The notes: a model not told the origin generated them from the sequence alone. A stretch of DNA of 61,885 nucleotides from a virus (IMGVR_UViG_3300032213_001974:1-61885), one strand, 5' to 3'; shown: positions 27,701-36,829, numbered from the stretch's first letter. A program made the numbers and translations.

Positions 27701-28305
27701 TTAGCTGGAGCGAATCTGCCGAAGAATTTAGAAGCCGCTTTAATATCTTGTTCACGAGTATCCCCCATCTTTACCTCTGGAACTGGGCCTCGCGCTTGTA
27801 GGATCTGCCTTTGCGCCAAAGCTAAAGCATTCCGGCGTAATTTTATTTCCTCTTCTGCGGCGCGTTGATCTAAATAAGCGTCCGATATGTTTTCAGCAAG
27901 CGCGGATAAAGTAGAGGTGGGCCTTTGAATTGCCGAGGATACTACATCCCCTAGGGCAGAAAGGTAGTTTCCGGGTTCCGCGGCGGTTTCTAGCTTTTCT
28001 TTAGTGGCTTCTTTTGTTTGCCTCCTTAACTCGGGGTCTGAAACAGCCCTTACGGCATCTACTCCCCAAAGAATTGCTGGGACCTCTGCGGCAACTCCCA
28101 ATGCGCTTCCTGCTGTACCCAAGCTGCGAGCAACTTGTGGTAGTGCAGCAGGGACACTCTTGCCCAAAGAAGCGAGCACGCTTGGCACAACGCGTGAAGC
28201 GGCTACCTCACCGATCTTTGCCCCTAAAGCTAATTGAGAGGCGGCATCGGCAACACTTTCGCTATTTTGTACTGCAGATTCTACTTTAGAGTACTTGGGC
28301 ACCAC
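27697..28305 (-). CDS. Ala-rich hypothetical protein, possibly reached by -1 frameshift
   Basis: 202-aa ORF with only a GTG start; overlaps upstream ORF in its -1 frame. Confidence 0.65.
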   Translation of the reverse strand: MVPKYSKVESAVQNSESVADAASQLALGAKIGEVAASRVVPSVLASLGKSVPAALPQVARSLGTAGSALGVAAEVPAILWGVDAVRAVSDPELRRQTKEATKEKLETAAEPGNYLSALGDVVSSAIQRPTSTLSALAENISDAYLDQRAAEEEIKLRRNALALAQRQILQARGPVPEVKMGDTREQDIKAASKFFGRFAPAK

Positions 28306-28439
28306 AGCGTTTCCTGTATCAGGCTCCCCTCCGGGACCCCCAAGAACTTTTTTGGTATCCTCGGACGGGGTTCTTTAGCTAGTCGAACTAGGCCCCCTTC
28401 CACGGCCTCAACAAAGCTTTTTGCAGGAACGCTTGGCAT
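28281..28439 (-). CDS. 52-aa ORF containing an A-AAA-AAG slippery site
   Basis: TAATG coupling to upstream gene; MPSVPAKSFVEAVEGG... Confidence 0.55.
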   Translation of the reverse strand: MPSVPAKSFVEAVEGGLVRLAKEPRPRIPKKFLGVPEGSLIQETLWCPSTLK

Positions 28440-28780
28440 TACTTGTTAGTTCTACTAGCACGAATCTCAGCGATCAGGTTGTTGAGGGCTTCCGTGTACG
28501 CCTCACGACTTTCGTGGGACTTCAGAAGCTCTCCGTGCTGGTTCTCGATCTGGTTCTGAAGCGAGATGCGAACCTCTTTTTGGAGATCCTGAACGCCCTT
28601 CCACAGGGTCACTACAGCGAAAGAGAGAATCCCCACGACTGTGAGTTGTCCCCCATTCGTGATAAGTTGCTGGGATTCGCCCGTAGCGATCTCAGTAGCA
28701 ATATTGGAAAAAGCAGAAGCCGCATACAGCACGGCGGCAAGTATGAAAGATCCCACTGATTTTACAAGCCACTCGTTCAT
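28439..28780 (-). CDS. candidate holin or inner-membrane spanin
   Basis: two hydrophobic segments then coiled coil; near endolysin. Confidence 0.55.
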   Translation of the reverse strand: MNEWLVKSVGSFILAAVLYAASAFSNIATEIATGESQQLITNGGQLTVVGILSFAVVTLWKGVQDLQKEVRISLQNQIENQHGELLKSHESREAYTEALNNLIAEIRASRTNK

Positions 28781-28914
28781 TTGGATGGAAGCACAGCCCG
28801 TGGAGCTGAAATTGTAACGTCGTAACGAAGACCAGTGTATGGCCCGTCAAAGCTGACCTTAGTCCCGCAGGAGGTGAGGGACAGGGCGATCAGGAGGCAG
28901 GCAAGGAATTTCAC
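28777..28914 (-). CDS. small lipoprotein (45 aa), candidate spanin
   Basis: MKFLACLLIALSLTSC lipobox; GTGA and ATGA overlaps with both neighbours. Confidence 0.7.
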   Translation of the reverse strand: MKFLACLLIALSLTSCGTKVSFDGPYTGLRYDVTISAPRAVLPSK

Positions 28915-29138
28915 GACATGCCTCCCATACGCTTCTCGACAGCGGAGCCGAAGTCAGCCTCCTCTTCAGGCGCTTCCTGTTCAGCTTCTTCAGATTCCGT
29001 GATCGGGTTGTTCTCGACAGAAAGCGGAATCAACATTCCTTCAGACACCGCGTAGGTCGTCATGAAGTCAATGGTTTCGCCCTCGGCAAGTTCCGGGACA
29101 TCGAGCCCGGCAGGGATTGGAAAGGAAGGATCAGGCAT
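28911..29138 (-). CDS. acidic hypothetical protein
   Basis: 75-aa ORF in structural block. Confidence 0.6.
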   Translation of the reverse strand: MPDPSFPIPAGLDVPELAEGETIDFMTTYAVSEGMLIPLSVENNPITESEEAEQEAPEEEADFGSAVEKRMGGMS

Positions 29139-29157
29139 GGGAGTGGGAAAGGGGGTG

Positions 29158-29200
29158 AACTATGAGCCCCAGTAAGGTAGCGCGTCTGAGGCTCATAGTT
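29158..29200. other. intergenic hairpin
   Basis: AACTATGAGCCCCAG...CTGAGGCTCATAGTT. Confidence 0.6.
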
Positions 29201-29223
29201 CTTTGTAGTCCGAAGACCGGGGA

Positions 29224-29658
29224 TTAGGCGTCGTTGGAGACGTGGTACCAGCGGGTTCCGTTCGACAGGAGCCAAGCGGACTTACCAGTAGCGACAACAA
29301 GAGTGTCCGCCTCGGCAGTGCCCGTCAGAATCTTCTCAGATCCGGGGGTATCCAGAGTCAGGTTTCCTGATGCGGTGTTGAGTACAATCACTTCACGGAG
29401 CGTGCCAGCAACAGCGGGCAGCGTGACCGTAGGAGTGGTGCCAGTGACAACCGACATCTTCGTGTTGATTGTCTCCGTGGTGGCGACAGCGTCATCAACT
29501 TCGGAGGCGAGTAGCCCAACGGAGCGGAGGGAACCCAGCGTGGTTGTCTTAGCGCCAACAGGCTGCGCCGAGATGTCATAGACATGAAGCAAGTCGCCAG
29601 CGAGCAGGGCGGAAGTAGCCAGCGTGCTTAGAATAGGGGCGTCGTCGAGAGTAGGCAT
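29224..29658 (-). CDS. putative capsid decoration/minor head protein
   Basis: follows capsid gene; TVTLPA...IVLN..SG...L.SNGTRW beta pattern. Confidence 0.6.
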   Translation of the reverse strand: MPTLDDAPILSTLATSALLAGDLLHVYDISAQPVGAKTTTLGSLRSVGLLASEVDDAVATTETINTKMSVVTGTTPTVTLPAVAGTLREVIVLNTASGNLTLDTPGSEKILTGTAEADTLVVATGKSAWLLSNGTRWYHVSNDA

Positions 29659-29674
29659 AGGAAGGAAAGGGAAA

Positions 29675-29709
29675 GAGCCCGGCCCACTTGTTTAGAGTGA
29701 ACCGGGCTC
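29675..29709 (-). terminator. hairpin/leaky terminator after capsid gene
   Basis: GAGCCCGGTTCACT...AGTGGGCCGGGCTC followed by TTTCCCTTTCC. Confidence 0.6.
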
Positions 29710-29715
29710 GGGTGA

Positions 29716-31050
29716 TTAGGCAGCAGGGGTGGTGCTGGTGCGCTTGAACAGGATGACGTAACCGAAGTTCGTCTTGATCGGCTTGGAGGCAGAGGCGAGG
29801 ACACCGCGGAAGAAACCGATGGTTCCGTCTGGGTTGATGGTCTCGTTCTGGATGTTCAGCCAGTTGAACTTGCCCTTGTAGTCGGTAGGCAGGAAGCTGA
29901 CACCAGCGCCGCCCGAGGAGATCGGGTTGGGGATCTGGATTTCCATGACTTCCTCGTGGAGCACGTAAGCCGCTTCGTAGTCAGCGGTATCGTACGAGGC
30001 ATTCATGATCAGCACACCGTTGGAGTAGACCTCTGGGCGAACCCGAGTGATCGTAGCACCAGAGATGCTGTAGCGCGGGGCGAAGTCATCGACCAAGTGG
30101 TAGTAGCCGCGGAAGGACTTTTCGATGCCAAGCGGGGCGAGGAGGTCGGAGACCTTCGCGCTGTTGTAGCGAGCGTCATCCCGGAATCCTGCTTCGGTCA
30201 TCAGCGAGTAGCTGGCTTCCGAGCTGAGAACCAGACCGAAGACCGGGCGGGCGTTTTCACGACCGTAGGCTTTGGCACCAGCACCTTGGCGAACGGCCTG
30301 ATAGTAAATCTTATCAAGGACCTTGTTCGAGATGTTGGCGGTTGGAGTGACATCCGCGTTGGAAGCACCGGAAGTCGTGATCTTAACATCAGTGACCTGC
30401 ACACCTTCGAAGAGGTCGTCCGCGGTGGAGTCACCATCGGAGTTGACCGTGGTGAGGATCGGTGTCGCAGCCGAAAGGCAGGGAACGAAGTTGGCGGAGA
30501 GGCGCTCGTACTCGTCGCGGTCGCGCTCGATCCAGCTGCGCATGGTGGAATCCTTGAGGATGTCCATGATAGCGCCGAGCTGCTCTTGGCGGTAGGCGGC
30601 GAAGCGGAGGTCTTCCACGTTGATGCGCGGGGACTGCACCGTGGCGCGCTGAAGGTTGAAGGTCTTCAGCTTGCGAGTAAAGTCAATGCGAGCGGTCTTG
30701 TTGAACGGACCGACGTTGTCGATGGACGAACCAGCGATAAGGGCCGAGCTGTTGAGCGCGGTGTTATCGGAGGTAAGAGCCGAGGAAGCCATGTTCGCCC
30801 AGTTAAGGCCGAGCACGTCAAAGGTTCCAGTGTTGCTTCCGTCGTTGAGCGGAAGGGCGCGGTCATAGATCAGCACGTTGCGCTGATAACCGAGGCCATC
30901 GACGAACTCAGACTTGCGGATAAGATCCATCCAAGGCGACATGCCGAGGGTCTGGCGGTGAATGTCGCTGCCGATACGGTTAGCCTCCTGAGTGAGGATT
31001 TCGTTGATCGCAGCGGTAGAAGAAGAACCGGGTGGGAATGAACCAGCCAT
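29716..31050 (-). CDS. major capsid protein
   Basis: 444 aa, strongly biased codons, portal-scaffold-capsid order, own promoter and 3' hairpin. Confidence 0.75.
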   Translation of the reverse strand: MAGSFPPGSSSTAAINEILTQEANRIGSDIHRQTLGMSPWMDLIRKSEFVDGLGYQRNVLIYDRALPLNDGSNTGTFDVLGLNWANMASSALTSDNTALNSSALIAGSSIDNVGPFNKTARIDFTRKLKTFNLQRATVQSPRINVEDLRFAAYRQEQLGAIMDILKDSTMRSWIERDRDEYERLSANFVPCLSAATPILTTVNSDGDSTADDLFEGVQVTDVKITTSGASNADVTPTANISNKVLDKIYYQAVRQGAGAKAYGRENARPVFGLVLSSEASYSLMTEAGFRDDARYNSAKVSDLLAPLGIEKSFRGYYHLVDDFAPRYSISGATITRVRPEVYSNGVLIMNASYDTADYEAAYVLHEEVMEIQIPNPISSGGAGVSFLPTDYKGKFNWLNIQNETINPDGTIGFFRGVLASASKPIKTNFGYVILFKRTSTTPAA

Positions 31051-31228
31051 TGTAGTAAGTAGTAGGGGGTGTTAGAAACAGAATCGCGGTAACACTCGTT
31101 ATCGCAGTGATCTTTGTTGCTGGAGAAACACAACAGCGGCACAAGTGCCTATCTCCGATTCTGCTTTCCTGACTACTTATAGAAGGGTTGCCTACCCAGC
31201 GAAGGAATTTCGTCGTTCAGCTGCGGGT

Positions 31229-31258
31229 AAGATACCCGATAACCGATAAAACATTCAA
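31229..31258 (-). promoter_or_regulatory. sigma70-type promoter for capsid gene (about 170-nt leader)
   Basis: TTGAAT-N18-TATCTT. Confidence 0.6.
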
Positions 31259-31280
31259 TGATAAAGTGCGGCAGGGCACG

Positions 31281-31319
31281 AAATAAAAAGTCCTGACCCG
31301 CGGTAAGCGGATCAGGACT
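31281..31319 (-). terminator. intrinsic terminator after scaffold gene
   Basis: AGTCCTGATCCGC-TTACC-GCGGGTCAGGACT-TTTTATTT. Confidence 0.85.
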
Positions 31320-31344
31320 ATGGAATAGTGGTTCGTGATAAGTG

Positions 31345-32496
31345 TTACCTGATTCCGGCAAAGGCGCGCTCGACAGCGTCAGCGAAGTTCACTCCGGGAT
31401 CGGCGGAAGGGGTTGCCGATGGCTGGTTTCCTCGTGCGCCCACGCCGGGATTGGCGTTGCGGTAGGCGTCCAGATCGTTCGTGAGCTGTTCGATCTCGTC
31501 CAGTGCAGCCTTATACGCCGCGGCTACCTTGGGTAGCGCCCGGCCAGAGAAAGCGTTATAGGACTTGTTGGCAACATCAAGTGATTCCAGATCGGTCTCG
31601 ACAACCGCGGCCTTGATGGCTGCCAAGTCTACGCCACCGATCGTCTTGAGGAACGGCAGCTTTGCTTCGACACGGCGGAAGACCAGATCGGTTGCTTCCT
31701 TGCGAGCAGTAGCACGGGTGGCGGCAGCTTCTTGTTCGGACTCGGCCTTACGGGCTTCCAGCTCGGCAAGCGCCTGCTCCTTGTTGTCGTGAAGCAGTTG
31801 ACGCTGTTCGAAAATCGCTGGAAGCTTTTCGGCGAGAGCGTAAATCTTGAGTTTGTCGCGCTCGTTGACGCCAGCAAGAAGGATCTCGAAAGCCTCGTCC
31901 TGTTCGGTCTGGTCAGTGAGGGCGAGGGCGTCGAGGATCTCGTCGGCGTTGATCTCGTACTTCGCGGCGATAGCGTCGGCGGTGAGGGCGACTTCCTTGA
32001 GGGGCTCGGTCACCACAGTGCGGTAAGCTTCGGTCGCCTCCAAGCGGGAAAGCTGAAGCTCAGACTCATAGCTGGCGATCTTCGCCTTGAGTTCCTCGGA
32101 GATGTTTCCACTGCCTTCAAGTTCCTTGAGGCGTGCTTCGGCCTGTGCCGCTTTCTGTTCGATGGCAATGCGCGCCTGCTTCTCGGCTTTCAGTTCGGTG
32201 CGGAGTTCCTTGAACCGGAGACCAGCGGACTTGGACATGCCGCTGGTGTCAGCGGGCTCATCTTCCTCGACAGGAGTCTCGGTCTCTTCGTCAAGCGGGA
32301 GAACGACAGCAGCTTCTTCGGGAGTCTCTTCGACCTCGGATACGGGTTCGGTTTCTGGAACCCCTACCTCGACAACTTCAGGAGTCTCGACTTCGGCTTC
32401 GGAGGGTTCGAATGATTGACTCTCGCTACCGAAAGCAGCGGCAAGGGCTTCTTCAAAGGAGCTACCAAAGGCTCCGGATTCGTTTGGATCAGGCAT
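31345..32496 (-). CDS. capsid scaffolding protein
   Basis: acidic N-terminus, long coiled coil, directly upstream of capsid gene. Confidence 0.7.
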   Translation of the reverse strand: MPDPNESGAFGSSFEEALAAAFGSESQSFEPSEAEVETPEVVEVGVPETEPVSEVEETPEEAAVVLPLDEETETPVEEDEPADTSGMSKSAGLRFKELRTELKAEKQARIAIEQKAAQAEARLKELEGSGNISEELKAKIASYESELQLSRLEATEAYRTVVTEPLKEVALTADAIAAKYEINADEILDALALTDQTEQDEAFEILLAGVNERDKLKIYALAEKLPAIFEQRQLLHDNKEQALAELEARKAESEQEAAATRATARKEATDLVFRRVEAKLPFLKTIGGVDLAAIKAAVVETDLESLDVANKSYNAFSGRALPKVAAAYKAALDEIEQLTNDLDAYRNANPGVGARGNQPSATPSADPGVNFADAVERAFAGIR

Positions 32497-32501
32497 ATGT
32501 G

Positions 32502-32852
32502 TTAGTCTTCGGATTCATCCATTCCGATGTGGGACCATTCGTCCGGCAGCGTAGGATTGAAATTCTCTGGGGCGCGCGTTAGCTTTTCCAAATCAAGGTA
32601 AAAATCGTTGTAGCCTGCAACAGTTGCCGCACGGAGTGGGATCATGGCGGGGACCTTGAACAGGTCCGCAGAGGTCAGGCGGGAGGAGTTCAGCAGCAGA
32701 TTGACCGCCGCAGAGAACACTGGGTCTGTTAGGATTTCCCTGAGTCTTTCGATGTTGCCGATGTTTTGGAACCACTGGGCGTGGCTTGGGGCCTTGAGCA
32801 ATCGGGATGGTGGGGCTTCCGCTTTTTCCGCGGGCTTCTTGCGAGCTGCCAT
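32502..32852 (-). CDS. hypothetical protein between portal and scaffold
   Basis: 116-aa ORF with promoter TTGAAT-N18-TAAGGT-N6-ATG (32853-32888). Confidence 0.65.
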   Translation of the reverse strand: MAARKKPAEKAEAPPSRLLKAPSHAQWFQNIGNIERLREILTDPVFSAAVNLLLNSSRLTSADLFKVPAMIPLRAATVAGYNDFYLDLEKLTRAPENFNPTLPDEWSHIGMDESED

Positions 32853-32890
32853 GAGTGGACCTTACCCGAATAGGGCATAAAGATTCAAGG

Positions 32891-35110
32891 TTAAAGCGCG
32901 GGCGGCTGCAACTTTGCGGCTTGCGCTGCGTCCTTGAGGGCGAGAGACTGCTGGAACTTCATCTCCTCGCGGCGCTCCTTGGCCTCTGCCTGCTGCTGGA
33001 GCAGCTGCATGCGGAGCTGGAGTTCCTGATTCTTGAGGAGCTGCTGCTGGAGCTTGGGGTCTTCCTGCGGCGCGGCCTGTCCTTCTTGGGCGGGGGCTTC
33101 GCGCTGCATCTTCTGCTGCTGGCGGAGGAGGTTGTTGAGGACCATCCCAGCGTTCGCCATGACCTCGCGGGCGCTGGCGGCGAAGGACTGCGCGGCTGGG
33201 TCTTCCGAGATAAACTCGGTGTGCGCCCCGCTGTGGTCGGTAATGAGCTGCATGACTGGCAGGACCTGCATCGGGTCCGCCTGCCCGGCGTCAAGGGCAG
33301 CCATGAACTGCTGAAGGAGCGGGAGGTGCGCGCGAAGATGGGTCTCGTGCATCTCGGTCGGGAGAACCTCAATCGGCCTGCCCATCTCCATGATGGCGTT
33401 CTCCAGATCGGCGGTCTTCGCCTCGCTGTTGGGCCGAGCAACGTCTGCCGGGCTTGCGTAGCGGGCGGCGCTGTCATACCCGACACGGGCGGCAACCCTA
33501 TCAAATACAAGGTTTTTCCGCCCGGTCTCGTCGAAAAGTGGCATCAGCTGCTCTAGGTCATTTAGAGCAGCCGAGCGCGCAGAGGCATTACCGGAACCGA
33601 TTGCCTTGACTGCGGTGGTTGATGCGAAGTCGATCGCCTTGACGATCTCGGCGGGAACACCGCGAGCTTCGCAACGATCGAAGAAATCTCTTACGGCGCG
33701 ATCATCGCGCGGGCCGTTGATCAGGCGCTTGACAACCTCGCGGAGCAGGCGTCTCCAGCTCGAATAGAAAAGGTTCAGGTTGCTGGCGGTCAGGCGGGTG
33801 GCGGCTTCAAGCTCGGCTTCCACCTGAAGCTTGGTGCGGTAAGGCGAGCCAGCTGCCGCACCGCGGGTCGTGAAGAAGTCCAAGTTCTGCGACATCTGCT
33901 CGGTCACATCGTTGATGACCGGGATGACTGCTTGGCTGATGTTCGGCATTGCCTTCTCGACCAGCTGGATGTTGGGCGAGAGGACCGTGTAAGGTCCGTA
34001 GTAGGTGAGGCTGAGTTCGTCCAGAGCGCGCTGGCTGTCCGGCTGGATCATCACCGAAGAGGCGAGCATCGCCCCATCAACCGCTTGGCTGCGCAGGCGA
34101 TTGCTGACTTGGACGTGGGGGAAAATCTTCTGGCCCAACCCGCGAACGCTGTGGTAGGTGCCGTTGGTTCCGACTCCGTTCGTGAAGAACACAAAGGCTT
34201 CTTCAGGGGCGGCGAAACGCTCAACCGCCTTGAACATGAACTCCTTGGGCTGGACTTCGGTGACGATGAAGTGGCTGACAGATCCCTTGAACTCGCGAAC
34301 GAGGACATGCAGGATCGGGACCGAGGTGGCTTGGATCCCGTTGTAGAGGTCGTTGTTCTTCAGCTGGGATTCGAGGCGTTCCCACTCGCCCATCGCTTGG
34401 CCCATGACGCTGCCAGTGGAAGCGGTCAGCATAGCGCGCTTGACTTCGGCGACATTCCATCCGAGCTGCTCGGCCTTCTTCTCGTCGCGGATGAAGCTGT
34501 ACAGCTCGTGGAGCATGTAGTTGCGGCGGAACACGGCGACCTCGACGCTGCTTTCGGAGGCGAGGGTTTGGCGAGGGATCAGGCAGTCGCCGAATCCGCA
34601 GACGCGGAAGCGCCAGTCCTGTGTGTTCTCGAAGTAGGTGATGCCAACACCGTGCATCACGAATTCGTTGACGAGGCGGAGGTAGCTGGTGTGGAACTCA
34701 GGCCAGTCGCGCAGGGATCGGGAAAGCTCTTCCGCGATTACTGTTTCGTCGTGCATCTTGTCGGCTTCTTCGCCAACAGTGCTCGTCACGTTGACGAGGG
34801 TTTGGACCGCGTTGATCAGGTCCACGTAGCCGGATACGGCGACATCGAGGTAGCGACCTGCTTCACCGAAGTTCAGGTTGGTGCGCTGGCCTTGGCCAGT
34901 GGAGCGGAGCAAGGCGGGGTCGTAGGGCGGGGCTCCGTCGAAGACGGCTTGCACACGGGCGCGGTTGACGCTGGAACGCTCGTCGGCTTTCTTGAGGACG
35001 GTGAAGATGGCGGCGGCGGAGGCTGCGTCCTTCAGGCGTGATTCGACCGGAGGCTTCCCCTTTTCATCGAGGTTCAGCAGTTCGAGTTCGTTCAGTCCGG
35101 TCATCGACAT
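32891..35110 (-). CDS. portal protein
   Basis: 739 aa, Gln-rich C-terminal coiled coil as in podoviral portals, head-module position; promoter TTGCAT-N18-GATACT-N7-ATG upstream. Confidence 0.75.
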   Translation of the reverse strand: MSMTGLNELELLNLDEKGKPPVESRLKDAASAAAIFTVLKKADERSSVNRARVQAVFDGAPPYDPALLRSTGQGQRTNLNFGEAGRYLDVAVSGYVDLINAVQTLVNVTSTVGEEADKMHDETVIAEELSRSLRDWPEFHTSYLRLVNEFVMHGVGITYFENTQDWRFRVCGFGDCLIPRQTLASESSVEVAVFRRNYMLHELYSFIRDEKKAEQLGWNVAEVKRAMLTASTGSVMGQAMGEWERLESQLKNNDLYNGIQATSVPILHVLVREFKGSVSHFIVTEVQPKEFMFKAVERFAAPEEAFVFFTNGVGTNGTYHSVRGLGQKIFPHVQVSNRLRSQAVDGAMLASSVMIQPDSQRALDELSLTYYGPYTVLSPNIQLVEKAMPNISQAVIPVINDVTEQMSQNLDFFTTRGAAAGSPYRTKLQVEAELEAATRLTASNLNLFYSSWRRLLREVVKRLINGPRDDRAVRDFFDRCEARGVPAEIVKAIDFASTTAVKAIGSGNASARSAALNDLEQLMPLFDETGRKNLVFDRVAARVGYDSAARYASPADVARPNSEAKTADLENAIMEMGRPIEVLPTEMHETHLRAHLPLLQQFMAALDAGQADPMQVLPVMQLITDHSGAHTEFISEDPAAQSFAASAREVMANAGMVLNNLLRQQQKMQREAPAQEGQAAPQEDPKLQQQLLKNQELQLRMQLLQQQAEAKERREEMKFQQSLALKDAAQAAKLQPPAL

Positions 35111-35195
35111 CGGGCGAAGTATCGGGGGATAAGCCGCTTCAATGCAAGACGAATCACGAATCAGGTATCATTTTTCGTGATACCTGATTCCGGGT

Positions 35196-35405
35196 TCACG
35201 GTCGGGCGAGGATCTTGAGTTCGAAATCGTAGTGGTAGCGGGAGTTGTTGTCGCCCCAAGCCACCTCAAGGAGGGAGCCAGTAGGGCGGACTGCGAAGCC
35301 GTAAACGATGCCCTTGGTGTGCGGGTTGGTCAGCATGGTGACCTGAGTCCCGAAAGGGAATCGGGATACAAGGTTGTGGAACGTGGTAAGTGATTCGGGG
35401 TTCAT
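35196..35405 (-). CDS. small beta-barrel-like hypothetical protein
   Basis: likely start MNPESLT at 35405; FPFGTQV...GIV...VAW...HYDFEL. Confidence 0.55.
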   Translation of the reverse strand: MNPESLTTFHNLVSRFPFGTQVTMLTNPHTKGIVYGFAVRPTGSLLEVAWGDNNSRYHYDFELKILARP

Positions 35406-35412
35406 GGACGTG

Positions 35413-35700
35413 TCAGAATGGCAACCCGTTCGGGCAATAGATGACTTGGAAAGCTGGTTTGGCTTTGGGCTTCGGAGGCCGCGGCGGCGGGTCACCTTTG
35501 TACTCTTTGTACCAGTAGGTACGGGCACTTGCCTCTTCACGGTCTGCGCGGTCAAGGAACGACTGCCGTTGTTCTGGTGTTTTGCAGATAGCTGCGCAGT
35601 CACGGAGGTAGGAAGCGTGGTCACGAAGACTTTTCTTTGCTGCCGGTGAGTGGTAACGGGTAACTGATTTGGGATTCATGATGAGTTGCTGGGATGCCAT
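35413..35700 (-). CDS. hypothetical protein
   Basis: 95-aa ORF ending LPF. Confidence 0.5.
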   Translation of the reverse strand: MASQQLIMNPKSVTRYHSPAAKKSLRDHASYLRDCAAICKTPEQRQSFLDRADREEASARTYWYKEYKGDPPPRPPKPKAKPAFQVIYCPNGLPF

Positions 35701-35770
35701 TTGCTGGGCCTAGGATGACCCTGTAGCGCGTTTGTGGGTGCGGGTGAGGATGCAAGTGCCAAAAACGAGG

Positions 35771-36670
35771 TTATCGAAGGTGTGGAGGCCATGTCGGTTT
35801 CGGGGGTGCTCCGCCCGCAGCAAGGCGGGCTTGCTCGGCGTCATAGGCTGGCACATGCTGCGGGAGGAGAAGGTCGCGGGGATCTGTCGAACGCTCGAAT
35901 TTGACGGGGCATACCGAGATCGGCTCGGGCTCTGGAGCGTAGGCGCTTTCGTAGTTGCCCGCGAGTTCGGCGATCTGGCGCTTGTTGAGGCGGACCTTTC
36001 GCCCGAGATTGTCGGTCACGACGATGCTCCAGTCGTTGCTGAACTTCAGCTCCCGTACTTGCGCTATGTGGCGGTAGTTTGAGAAGTACCGCACTACGGA
36101 GTCGCCAGAGACGTGGAACCCGTAGCCGAGGAAGTCGTCGTGAGACCTGTAGCCGTCATCCGCAGGAAGGTGAGCACCGATAAGGTCGCACCGCCCGTTG
36201 AAGTAGTGAACGATGGCCGTGTTGGTGAGATGGGTGTAGTAGCCCTTCTTCGCGTGCCACACGCGATACCGCCTCTCGTTTGGCATGCTGGCTTCCGTGT
36301 ACGCCACAGGCTTGAGGTTGCTGCGGCGATAACAGTTCCCCGCTCGGTCGAACAAGTTCTTCGGGAATTCGGGGATCTCAAGGAAGGAAATCTCTGAGGT
36401 GCCGAAGCCGAACAGCTTGCCTCGCAAGGTTTGCTGTGACACGACGCGGTTGGCTCCGCTGGCGTGCAGGAGGCGAAACCATTTGTTGTTGGCCGTTTGG
36501 CGAATGGGTTCCTCGGGACCGAGCTTGGCTTTTGGCCCGCGTTTTGACTGCTTCACCCGAATGGGGTGCCCCAGCTCTGTGAAGCGATGGGCGGGGAACT
36601 CGGCGAGTTCGTAAGTCTGAGCGGAGTGTGATCCTTGGGCGACTGTCGGGTCGGTTACAATTTCGAACAT
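35771..36670 (-). CDS. protein with three NUMOD4-like repeats, no nuclease domain seen
   Basis: three units of the form aromatic..EFP..F...G...R...G..R; promoter TTGACG-N18-TAAAGT-cccgcc-ATG (36671-36706). Confidence 0.55.
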   Translation of the reverse strand: MFEIVTDPTVAQGSHSAQTYELAEFPAHRFTELGHPIRVKQSKRGPKAKLGPEEPIRQTANNKWFRLLHASGANRVVSQQTLRGKLFGFGTSEISFLEIPEFPKNLFDRAGNCYRRSNLKPVAYTEASMPNERRYRVWHAKKGYYTHLTNTAIVHYFNGRCDLIGAHLPADDGYRSHDDFLGYGFHVSGDSVVRYFSNYRHIAQVRELKFSNDWSIVVTDNLGRKVRLNKRQIAELAGNYESAYAPEPEPISVCPVKFERSTDPRDLLLPQHVPAYDAEQARLAAGGAPPKPTWPPHLR

Positions 36671-36733
36671 GGCGGGACTTTACCACGAGATCCGCTACCG
36701 CGTCAAGAAGAATTTAAAACAGATTGTCTCGAA

Positions 36734-36829
36734 CAGTACACTACTATAAGAGAAGGAAAAAGTTTATATGCACGTGTACGCATGTGCGTAGTCTCTTATT
36801 CTTTTAAGGAGACAAGGAGTAGTGTACTG
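36734..36829. repeat. inverted-repeat-bounded element, copy 2
   Basis: CAGTACACTAC...GTAGTGTACTG (11-bp IR) around a 74-nt core; 25-nt and 15-nt blocks identical to copy 1. Confidence 0.9.

Noticed and set aside
29956-35041. Long antisense ORFs (29956..31041, 33932..35041; also 8949..9785, 43592..44590, 51168..52178)
   Set aside because: Expected shadows of strongly codon-biased genes; no motifs or expression signals
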